Below are positions 45,674-60,600 of a DNA stretch of 64,000 nucleotides, piece by piece. Under the pieces are notes generated by a model. The model had not been told where the DNA came from and searched no databases. It was given only the letters and a program-made list of their open reading frames with translations. Positions within the stretch are counted from its first letter, which is position 1; every line of letters starts with the position of its first letter. Position numbers and translations under genes: made by a program. The DNA comes from Bugula neritina (Eukaryota; Animalia; Bryozoa): positions 14,828,698 to 14,892,697 of the forward strand of contig OZ037765.1 of NCBI GenBank assembly GCA_964035545.1, given 5' to 3'.

Positions 45674-48600
45674 AAAACATTGAAATATACTGCTACATAC
45701 TGAAACATGCTGTAGCATACTGAAATACACTGCAACACACTGAAGTATACTGTAATATACAGAAATGTACTGTAACATACTGAAACATACGTCAACATAC
45801 TGAAATGTACTCCAACATGCTGAACTATACTGCAACATACTGAAATACACTGTAATGTACTGAATTAAACTGCAACACATTGTAATATACTGCAACATAC
45901 TGAATCATACAGCAACATACTGAAATATACTGCAACACATTTAAATATACTGCAACATATTGAAATATGCTGTAGCACCCTGAAATTCACTGCAACTTAC
46001 TGAAATATAGTGTAATATACGGAATAGTACTGTAACATACTGAAACATACTGTAACACACTGAAATATGCTGTCACATACTGAAATATACTGTAAATTAC
46101 TAGAATTATACTGCAACATACTGCAACATACTGAAATACACTGTAACCTACTGATATACACTGCAATATACTACAACATACTGAAATACACTGCAACATA
46201 CTGCAACATACTGCAACATACTGAAATATTCTGTAACATATTGAAATACACTGCAACATACTGCAACATACTGCAACACACTGAAACATACGGCAACACA
46301 CTCACATGTACAGCGACACATTGAAATATACTGCAACATACTGAAATATGCTGTAGCATACTGAAATACACTGCAACACACTGAAATATACTGCAACATA
46401 CTGCAACATACTGAAATACACTGTAACATACTGAAATACACTGCAACATACTGCAACATACTGAAATACACTGGAACATATTGAAACACACTACAACACA
46501 TTGAAATATACTGCAACACACTGAAACATACAGCAACATACTGAAATATACTGCGACACATTGAAATATACTGCAACATACTGAAATATGCTGTAGCATA
46601 CTGTAATATACTGTAACACACTTTAATATACTGCAACATACTGCAACATACTGACATACACTGGAACATACTGAAATACACTCCAATATACTACAACATA
46701 CTGAAATACACTGTAACCTACTGAAATATGCTGTAGCACACCGAAATATACTGCAACATACTGAAATATAATGCAAGTTACTACAACATACTGAAATACA
46801 CTGTGACATACTGAGATACACTGCAACATACTGCAACATACTGCAACATACTGCAACATACTGATATACACTGTAACAGACTGAAATGTACTGTAACACA
46901 CTGAAATATACTGCAACATGCTGAAATACACTGTAACATACTGAAATATACTGCAACATACTGCAACATACCGAATTACACTGTAACAAACTGAAATACA
47001 CTCCAACATACTACAACATACTGAAATACACTGTAACGTATTGAAATACACCGCAACACATTGAAATATACTGCAACACACTGAAATATACTGTAACACA
47101 CTGTAATATACTGCAACATACTGCAACATACTGACATACACTGGAACATACTGAAATACACTCCAACATACTACAACATACTGAAATACACTGTAACCTA
47201 CTGAAATATGCTGTAGCACACTGAAATATACTGCAACATACTGAAATATAATGGAAGTTACTACAACATACTGAAATACACTGTGACATACTGAGTTACA
47301 CTGCAACACCTTGAAATATAGTGCAACACACTGAAAGATACAGCAACATACTGAAATATACTGCGACACATTGAAATATACTGCAGCATACTGAAATATG
47401 CTGTAGCATACTGAAATATACTGTAACACACTGAAATATACTGCAACATACTGAAATACATTGTAACATACTGAAATATACTGCAACATACTGAAATACA
47501 CTGTAACATACTGAAATATACTGCAACATACTGCAACATACTGAAATACACTGTAACATACTGAAATACACTGCAACATACTGCAACATACTGAAATACA
47601 CTGGAACATATTGAAACACACTACAACACATTGAAATATACTGCAACACACTGAAACATACAGCAACATACTGAAATATACTGCGACACATTGAAATATA
47701 CTGCAACATAGCTAAATATAATGCAAGATACTGCAACATTCTGAAATACACTGTGACATACTGAAATACACTGCAACATACTTCAACATACTCCAACATA
47801 CTGCAACATACTGAAATACACTGTAACATATTGAAGTGCACTGCAACACATTGAAACATACTGCAACACACTGAAACATACGGCAACATGCTGAACTATA
47901 CTGCAACATACTGAAATACACTGTAATAATATTATACTGAATTAAACTGCAACACATTGTAATATACTGCAACATACTGAATCATACAGCAACATACTGA
48001 AATATGCTGCAACACATTTAAATATACTGCAACATATTGAAATATGCTGTAGTACCCTGAAATTCACTGCAACTTACTGAAATATAGTGTAATATACGAA
48101 ATAGTACTGTAACATACTGAAATATACTGTAACACACTGAAATATGCTGTCATATACTGAAATATACTGTAAATTACTAGAATTATACTGCAACATACTG
48201 CAACATACTGAAATACACTGTAACCTACTGATATACACTGCAATATACTACAACATACTGAAATACACTGCAACATACTGCAACATACTGCAACATACTG
48301 AAATACACTGTAACATATTGAAATACACTGCAACATACTGCAACATACTGCAACATACTGCAACATACTGCAACACACTGAAACATACGGCAACACACTC
48401 ACATGTACAGCGACACATTGAAATATACTGCAACATACTGAAATGTGCTGTAGCATACTGAATACACTGCAACACACTGAAATATACTGCAACATACTGC
48501 AACATACTGAAATACACTGTAACATACTGAAATACACTGCAACATACTGCAACATACTGAAATACACTGGAACATATTGAAACACACTACAACACATTGA

Positions 48601-51600
48601 AATATACTGCAACACACTGAAACATACAGCAACATACTGAAATATACTGCGACACATTGAAATATACTGCAACATACTGAAATATGCTGTAGCATACTGT
48701 AATATACTGTAACACACTTTAATATACTGCAACATACTGCAACATACTGACATACACTGGAACATACTGAAATACACTCCAATATACTACAACATACTGA
48801 AATACACTGTAACCTACTGAAATATGCTGTAGCACACCGAAATATACTGCAACATACTGAAATATAATGCAAGTTACTACAACATACTGAAATACACTGT
48901 GACATACTGAGATACACTGCAACATACTGCAACATACTGCAACATACTGCAACATACTGATATACACTGTAACAGACTGAAATGTACTGTAACACACTGA
49001 AATACACTGCAACATGCTGAAATACACTGTAACATACTGAAATATACTGCAACATACTGCAACATACCGAATTACACTGTAACAAACTGAAATACACTCC
49101 AACATACTACAACATACTGAAATACACTGTAACATATTGAAATACACCGCAACACATTGAAATATACTGCAACATACCGAAATATATGGTAAACTACTGA
49201 AATATACGGTAACACATTGAAACATACCGCAAAATACTAAAATACACTGCAACACACTGAAGTATACTGTAATATATATAGAAATGTACTGTAAAATACT
49301 TAAACATACGACAACATACCAAAAAATATACTGCAACATACTGAATTACACTGCAATATCCTGAAATATACTTCAACATACTGAAACATACCTAAAAACA
49401 TTGAAATATACTGAAATACAGTGTAGGATATTGAAATACACTGCAACAATTTGGAATATACAGCAACATACCGAAATATATGGTAACCTACTGAAATATG
49501 TTGCAAACTACTGAAATATACTGCAACATACTGCAACATAATGAAATATACTATAACACACTGGAATAAACTGCAAAATACTGAAATATACTGTAACATA
49601 CTGAAACATACTGCAACATACTGAAATATACTGTAACATACTGAAATATACTGCAAGAAACTGCAATATACTGAAATACACTGTAACATACTGAAATACA
49701 CTGCAACATACTGCAACATACTGACATACACTGGAACATACTGAAATACACTGCAACATACTACAACATACTGAAATACACTGTAACCTACTGAAATATG
49801 CTGTAGCACACTGAAATATACTACAACATACTGAAATACACTGTGACATACTGAAATACACTGCAACATACTGCAACATACTGCAACATACTGAGATACA
49901 CTGTAACATATTGAAATACACTGCAAAACCTTGAAATATACTCCAACACACTGAAGTATACGGCAACATACTGAAATATACTGCGACACATTGAAATATA
50001 CTGCAATATACTGAAATATGCTGTAGCATACTGAAATATACTGTAACACACCGTAATACACTGCAACATACTGCAACATACTGACATACACTGGAACATA
50101 CTGAAATACACTCCAACATACTACAACATACTGAAATACACTGTAACCTACTGAAATATGCTGTAGCACACTGAAATATACTGCAACATACTGAAATATA
50201 ATGAAAGTTACTACAACATACTGAAATACACTGTGACATACTGATATACACTGCAACATACTGCAACATACTGCAACCTACTGCAATATACTGAAATACA
50301 CTGTAACAGACTGAAATGTACTGTAACACACTGACATATACTGCAACACATTGAAATATACCGCAACATACTGAAATATGCTGTAGCACACTGAAATACA
50401 CTGCAACTCACTATAATATAGTGTAATATACAGAAATGTACTGTAACATACTGAAATATACTGTAACATACTGAAATCTACTGCAACATACTGAAGTACA
50501 CTGCAACATACTGCAACATACGGAAATACACTGTAACATATTGAAATACACGACAACACATTGAAATATACTGCAACAGACTGAAGGATACGGCAACATA
50601 CTGAAATATACTGCGACACATTGAAATATACTGCAACATACTGAAATATGCTGTATCATACTGAAATATACTGTAACACACTGTAAAATACTGCAACATA
50701 CTGCAACATACTGCCTTACACTGGAACATACTGAAATACACTGCAACATACTACAACATACTGAAATACACTGTACCCTACTGAAATATGCTGTAGCACA
50801 CTGAAATATACTGCAACATACTGAAATATAATGCAAGTTACTACAACATACTGAAATACACTGTGACATACTGGGATACACTGCAACATACTGCAACATA
50901 CTGCAACATCTTGAAATACACTGTAACCTGCTGAAATACACTGTAGCATATTGAAATACGCTGCAACACATTGAAATATACTGCAACATACCGAAATATA
51001 TGGTAAACTACTGAAATATACTGTATCACATTGAAAAATGCTGCAACATACTGAAATATGCTGTAACACACTGAAATATACTGCAAAATACTGAAATACA
51101 CTGTAACATACTGAAATATACTGCAACATACTGAAATACACTGTAACATACTGAAATATACTGCAACATACTGCAACATACTGAAATACACTGTAACGTA
51201 CTGAAATACACAGCAACATACTGCAACATACTGCAACATACTGAAATACGCTGTAATATATTGAATTACACTGCAACACATTGAAATATACTGCAACACA
51301 CTGAAACATACGGCAACATACTGAAATATACTGCAACACACTGAAACATACGGCAACATACTGAAATATACTGCAAAACATTGAAATATACTGCTACATA
51401 CTGAAACATGCTGTAGCATACTGAAATACACTGCAACACACTGAAGTAAACTGTAATATACAGAAATGTACTGTAACATACTGAAACATACGTCAACATA
51501 CTGAAATGTACTCCAACATGCTGAACTATACTGCAACATACTGAAATACACTGTAATAATATTATACTGAATTAAACTGCAACACATTGTAATATACTGC

Positions 51601-54600
51601 AACATACTGCAACATACTGCAACATACTGAAATATTCTGTAACATATTGAAATACACTGCAACATACTGCAACATACTGCAACACACTGAAACATACGGC
51701 AACACACTCACATGTACAGCGACACATTGAAATATACTGCAACATACTGAAATATGCTGTAGCACACTGAAATACACCGCAGTTCACTGAAAAATAGTGT
51801 AATATACGGAAATATACCGTAACATACTGAAATATACTGTAACAGACTGAAATGTACTGTAACACACTGAAATATACTGCAACATGCTGAAATACACTGT
51901 AACATACTGAAATATACTGCAACATACTGCAACATACCGAATTACACTGTAATAAACTGAAATACACTCCAACAAACTACAACATACTGAAATACACTGT
52001 AACATATTGAAATACACCGCAACACATTGAAATATACTGCAACATACCGAAATATATGGTAAACTACTGAAATATACTGTAACACATTGAAACATACCGC
52101 AAAATACTAAAATACACTGCAACACACCGAAGTATACTGTAATATATAGAAATGTACTGTAAAATACCTAAACATATGACAACATACCAAAAAATATACT
52201 GTAACATACTGAATTACACTGCAATACCCTGAAATATACTTCAACATACTGAAACATACCTTAAAACATTGAAATATACTGAAATACAGTGTAGGATATT
52301 GAAATACACTGCAACAATTTGGAATATACAGCAACATACCGAAGTATATGGTAACCTACTGAAATATGTTGCAAACTACTGAAATATACTGCAACATACT
52401 GCAACATAATAAAATATACTATAACACACTGGAATAAACTGCAAAATACTGAAATATACTGTAACATACTGAAACATACTGCAACATACCGAAATATATT
52501 GTAACATTCTGAAATATACTGCAAGATACTGCAATATACTGAAATACACTGTAACATACTGAAATACACTGCAACATACTGCAACATACTGACATACACT
52601 GGAACATACTGAAATACACTGCAACATACTACAACATACTGAAATACACTGTAACCTACTGAAATATGCTGTAGCACACTGAAATATACTGCAACATACT
52701 GAAATATAATGCAAGTTACTACAACATACTGAAATACACTGTGACATACTGAAATATACTGCAACATACTGAACATACTGAAATACACTGTAACATACTG
52801 AAATACACTGCAACATACTGCAACATACTGAATTACATTGGAACATATTGAAACACACTACAACACATTAATATATACTGCAACACACTGAAACATACGG
52901 CAACATACTGAAATATACTGCAAAACATCTAAATATACTGCTACATACTGAAACATGCTGTAGCATACTGAAATACACTGCAACACACTGAAGTATACTG
53001 TAATATACAGAAATGTACTGTAACATACTGAAACGTACGTCAACATACTGAAATGTACTCCAACATGCTGAACTATACTGCAACATACCGAAATACACTG
53101 TAATATACTGAATTAAACTGCAACATACTGCAACATACTGAAATAAGCTGTACCATATTGAAATACACTACAACACATTGTAATATACTGCAACATATTG
53201 AAATATGCTGTAGCACCCTGAAATTCACTGCAACTTACTGAAATATAGTGTAATATACGGAATTGTACTGTAACCTACTGAAATATACTGTAACACACTG
53301 AAATATGCAGTCACATACTGAAATATACTGTAAATTATTAGAATTATACTGCAACATACTGCAACATACTAAAATACACTGTAACCTACTGATATACCCT
53401 GCAATATACTACAACATACTGAAATACACTGTAACATATTGAAATACGCTGCAACACATTGAAATATACTGCAACATACCGAAATATATGGTAAACTGCT
53501 GAAATATACCGTAACACATCAAAAAATACTGCAACATACTGAAATATACTGTAACACACTGAAATATACTGCAACTTACTGAAATACATTGTAACATACT
53601 GAAATATACTGCAACATACTGCAACATATTGAAATACACTGTAACATGCTGAAATACACTGCAACATACTGCAACATACTGAAATACATTGGAACATATT
53701 GAAACACACTACAGCACATTGAAATATACTGCAACACACTGAAACATACAGCAACATACTGAAATATACTGCGACACATTGAAATATACTGCAACCTAGT
53801 TAACTATAATGCAAGATACTGCAACATTCTGAAATACACTGTGACATATTGAAATACACTGCAACATACTGCAACATACTGCAACATACTACAACATACT
53901 GAAATACACTGTAACATATTGAAGTGCACTGCAACACATTGAAATATACTGCAACACACTGAAACATACGGCAACATACTGAAGTATACTGCAACACATT
54001 GAAAAATACTGCAACATACCGAAATATATGGTAAACTACTGAAATATACTGTAACACATTGAAAAAAACTGCAACATACTGAAATATACTGTAACACACT
54101 GAAATATACTGCAAAATACTGAAATACACTGTAACACACTGAAATACACTGTAACACACTGAAATATACTGCAACACACTGCAATATACTGAAACACGCT
54201 GTAACATACTGAAATACACTGCAACATACTACAACGTATTGAAATACACTGCAACACATTGAAATATACTGCAACACAATGAAACATACGGCAACATACT
54301 GAAACATAGTGCGACACATTGAAATATACTGCAACATACTGAAACATGCTGTAGCATACTGAAATACACTGCAACACATTGAAGTATACTGTAATATACA
54401 GAAATGTACTGTAACATACAGAAACATACGTCAACATACTGAAATGTACTGCAACATGCTGAACTATACTGCAACATACTGAAATACACTGTAATATACT
54501 GAATTAAACTGCAACATACTGCAACATACTGAAATAAGCTGTAGCATACTGAAATACATTGCAGCACACTGAAGCGTCCTGCAATATGCAGAAACGTACT

Positions 54601-57600
54601 GCAACATACTGAAATATACCGCAACAAACCGAAATTTTTGGTATACTGAAATATGTTGCAAACTAGTAAAATGTACTGCAACATACAGAAAATAACTGCA
54701 ACTGTGCAATATAATGAAATATACTGCAAAAATACTGAAATATACTGCAACAATTTGAAAGTTACTGTATGATACTGACATATACTGAAACACATTGAAA
54801 CATACTGCAAGATACTGCAACATACTAAAATACACTATAACATACTGAAATACACTGCAACATACTGCAACATACTGCAACATACTGCAACATACTGAAT
54901 TACACTGTAACATATTGAAGTACACTGCAATACATTGAAATTTACTGCACCACACTGAAACATACAGCAACATACTGAAATACACTGTGACATACTGAAA
55001 TACACTGCAACATACTGCAACATACTGCAACATACTGAAATACACTGTAACATATTGAAATACACTGCAACGCATTGAAATATACTGCAACACAATGAAA
55101 CATACGGCAACATACTGAAACATAGTGCGACACATTGAAATATACTGCAACATACTGAAACATGCTGTAGCGTACTGAAATACACTGCAACACATTGAAG
55201 TATACTGTAATATACAGAAATGTACTGTAACATACTGAAACATACGTCAACATACTGAAATGTACTGCAACATGCTGAACTATACTGCAACATACTGAAA
55301 TATACTGCAACGTATCGAAGTATATTGTAATATACGGACATCTACTGTAACATACTGAAACATACTTAAACATACTGAAATATACTTCAACATACTGAAA
55401 TATACTGCAACATACTGCAACATACTGAAATACACTGTAACATACTGAAACACACTGCAACACATCGGAATAAACTGCAACATACCTAAATATACGGTAA
55501 TATACTGAAATATACTGTTCACATTGAAAAACACTGCAACATACTGAAATTTGCTGTAGCACAGTGAAATTCACTGCAACCCACTGAAATATAGTGTAAT
55601 ATACGGAAATGTATTTTAACATACTGAAATATACTGTAACACACTGGAATATACTGTCACATACTGAAATACACTGTAAAATACTGAAACATATTGCAAC
55701 ATAGTGCAACATACTGAAATTCACTGTAGCATATTGAAATACGCTGCAACACATTGAAATATACTGCAACATACCGAAATATATGGTAAACTACTGAAAT
55801 ATACTGTATCACATTGAAAAATACTGCAACATACTGAAATATGCTGTAACACACTGAAATATACTGCAAAATACTGAAATACACTGTAACATACTGAAAT
55901 ATACTGCAACATACTGAAATACACTGTAACATACTGAAATATACTGCAACATACTGCAACATACTAAAATACACTGTAACGTACTGAAATACACAGCAAC
56001 ATACTGCAACATACTGCAACATACTGAAATACGCTGTAACATATTGAATTACACTGCAACACATTGAAATATACTGCAACACACTGAAACATACGGCAAC
56101 ATACTGAAATATACTGCAACACACTGAAACATACGGCAACATACTGAAATATACTGCAAAACATTGAAATATACTGCTACATACTGAAACATGCTGTAGC
56201 ATACTGAAATACACTGCAACACACTGAAGTATACTGTAATATACAGAAATGTACTGTAACATACTGAAACATACGTCAACATACTGAAATGTACTCCAAC
56301 ATGCTGAACTATACTGCAACATACTGAAATACACTGTAATGTACTGAATTAAACTGCAACACATTGTAATATACTGCAACATACTGAATCATACAGCAAC
56401 ATACTGAAATATACTGCAACACATTTAAATATACTGCAACATATTGAAATATGCTGTAGCACCCTGAAATTCACTGCAACTTACTGAAATATAGTGTAAT
56501 ATACGGAATAGTACTGTAACATACTGAAACATACTGTAACACACTGAAATATGCTGTCACATACTGAAATATACTGTAAATTACTAGAATTATACTGCAA
56601 CATACTGCAACATACTGAAATACACTGTAACCTACTGATATACACTGCAATATACTACAACATACTGAAATACACTGCAACATACTGCAACATACTGCAA
56701 CATACTGAAATATTCTGTAACATATTGAAATACACTGCAACATACTGCAACATACTGCAACACACTGAAACATACGGCAACACACTCACATGTACAGCGA
56801 CACATTGAAATATACTGCAACATACTGAAATATGCTGTAGCATACTGAAATACACTGCAACACACTGAAATATACTGCAACATACTGCAACATACTGAAA
56901 TACACTGTAACATACTGAAATACACTGCAACATACTGCAACATACTGAAATACACTGGAACATATTGAAACACACTACAACACATTGAAATATACTGCAA
57001 CACACTGAAACATACAGCAACATACTGAAATATACTGCGACACATTGAAATATACTGCAACATACTGAAATATGCTGTAGCATACTGTAATATACTGTAA
57101 CACACTTTAATATACTGCAACATACTGCAACATACTGACATACACTGGAACATACTGAAATACACTCCAATATACTACAACATACTGAAATACACTGTAA
57201 CCTACTGAAATATGCTGTAGCACACCGAAATATACTGCAACATACTGAAATATAATGCAAGTTACTACAACATACTGAAATACACTGTGACATACTGAGA
57301 TACACTGCAACATACTGCAACATACTGCAACATACTGCAACATACTGATACACACTGTAACAGACTGAAATGTACTGTAACACACTGAAATATACTGCAA
57401 CATGCTGAAATACACTGTAACATACTGAAATATACTGCAACATACTGCAACATACCGAATTACACTGTAACAAACTGAAATACACTCCAACATACTACAA
57501 CATACTGAAATACACTGTAACGTATTGAAATACACCGCAACACATTGAAATATACTGCAACACACTGAAATATACTGTAACACACTGTAATATACTGCAA

Positions 57601-60600
57601 CATACTGCAACATACTGACATACACTGGAACATACTGAAATACACTCCAACATACTACAACATACTGAAATACACTGTAACCTACTGAAATATGCTGTAG
57701 CACACTGAAATATACTGCAACATACTGAAATATAATGCAAGTTACTACAACATACTGAAATACACTGTGACATACTGAGTTACACTGCAACACCTTGAAA
57801 TATAGTGCAACACACTGAAAGATACGGCAACATACTGAAATATACTGCGACACATTGAAATATACTGCAGCATACTGAAATATGCTGTAGCATACTGAAA
57901 TATACTGTAACACACTGAAATATACTGCAACATACTGAAATACATTGTAACATACTGAAATATACTGCAACATACTGAAATACACTGTAACATACTGAAA
58001 TATACTGCAACATACTGCAACATACTGAAATACACTGTAACATACTGAAATACACTGCAACATACTGCAACATACTGAAATACACTGGAACATATTGAAA
58101 CACACTACAACACATTGAAATATACTGCAACACACTGAAACATACAGCAACATACTGAAATATACTGCAACACATTGAAATATACTGCAACATAGTCAAA
58201 TATAATGCAAGATACTGTAACATTCTGAAACACACTGTGAGATACTGAAAAACACTGTGACATACTTAAATACACTGCAACATACTGCAACATACTTAAA
58301 TATACGGTAACATACTGAAATATACTGTAACTCATTGAAAAACATTGCAACATACTGAAACATACTGAAGTATGCTGTAGCACACTGAAATACACCGCAG
58401 TTCACTGAAAAATAGTGTAATATGCGGAAATGTACCGTAACATACTGAAATATACTGTAACATACTGAAATACACTGCAACATACTGCAACATACTGACA
58501 TACACTGGAACATACTGAAATACACTGCAACATACTACAACATACTGAAATACACTGTAACCTACTGAAATATGCTGTAGCACGCTGAAATATACTGCAA
58601 CATACTGAAATATAATGCAAGTTACTACAACATACTGAAATACACTGTGACATACTGAAATACACTGCAACATACTGCAACATACTGCAACATACTGAAA
58701 TACACTGTAACATATTGAAATACACTGCAAAACCTTGAAATATACTCCAACACACTGAAGTATACGGCAACATACTGAAATATACTGCGACACATTGAAA
58801 TATACTGCAATATACTGAAATATGCTGTAGCATACTGAAATATACTGTAACACACCGTAATATACTGCAACATACTGCAACATACTGACATACACTGGAA
58901 CATACTGAAATACACTCCAACATACTACAACATACTGAAATACACTGTAACCTACTGAAATATGCTGTAGCACACTGAAATATACTGCAACATACTGAAA
59001 TATAATGAAAGTTACTACAACATACTGAAATACACTGTGAGATACTGATATACACTGCAACATACTGCAACATACTGCAACCTACTGCAATATACTGAAA
59101 TACACTGTAACAGACTGAAATGTACTGTAACACACTGACATATACTGCAACACATTGAAATATACCGCAACATACTGAAATATGCTGTAGCACACTGAAA
59201 TACACTGCAACTCACTATAATATAGTGTAATATACAGAAATGTACTGTAACATACTGAAATATACTGTAACATACTGAAATCTACTGCAACATACTGAAG
59301 TACACTGCAACATACTGCAACATACGGAAATACACTGTAACATATTGAAATACACGACAACACATTGAAATATACTGCAACAGACTGAAGGATACGGCAA
59401 CATACTGAAATATACTGCGACACATTGAAATATACTGCAACATACTGAAATATGCTGTAGCATACTGAAATATACTGTAACACACTGTAAAATACTGCAA
59501 CATACTGCAACATACTGCCTTACACTGGAACATACTGAAATACACTGCAACATACTACAACATACTGAAATACACTGTACCCTACTGAAATATGCTGTAG
59601 CACACTGAAATATACTGCAACATACTGAAATATAATGCAAGTTACTACAACATACTGAAATACACTGTGACATACTGGGATACACTGCAACATACTGCAA
59701 CATACTGCAACATACTGAAATACACTGTAACCTGCTGAAATACACTGTAGCATATTGAAATACGCTGCAACACATTGAAATATACTGCAACATACCGAAA
59801 TATATGGTAAACTACTGAAATATACTGTATCACATTGAAAAATACTGCAACATACTGAAATATGCTGTAACACACTGAAATATACTGCAAAATACTGAAA
59901 TACACTGTAACATACTGAAATATACTGCAACATACTGAAATACACTGTAACATACTGAAATATACTGCAACATACTGCAACATACTGCAACATACTGCAA
60001 CATACTGCAACACACTGAAACATACGGCAACACACTCACATGTACAGCGACACATTGAAATATACTGCAACATACTGAAATGTGCTGTAGCATACTGAAT
60101 ACACTGCAACACACTGAAATATACTGCAACATACTGCAACATACTGAAATACACTGTAACATACTGAAATACACTGCAACATACTGCAACATACTGAAAT
60201 ACACTGGAACATATTGAAACACACTACAACACATTGAAATATACTGCAACACACTGAAACATACAGCAACATACTGAAATATACTGCGACACATTGAAAT
60301 ATACTGCAACATACTGAAATATGCTGTAGCATACTGTAATATACTGTAACACACTTTAATATACTGCAACATACTGCAACATACTGACATACACTGGAAC
60401 ATACTGAAATACACTCCAATATACTACAACATACTGAAATACACTGTAACCTACTGAAATATGCTGTAGCACACCGGAATATACTGCAACATACTGAAAT
60501 ATAATGCAAGTTACTACAACATACTGAAATACACTGTGACATACTGAGATACACTGCAACATACTGCAACATACTGCAACATACTGCAACATACTGATAT

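Larger units (their letters stand above)
31955..47680 (+). repeat. ~7.9-kb-period duplication: 31955-~37245 repeated at 39881-~47680 (second copy carries the transposon)
   Basis: Offsets are 7926 (32466/40392), 7896 after a 30-bp indel (33544/41440, 34737/42633) and 10436 after the transposon (35551/45987, 36825/47261). Confidence 0.88.
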
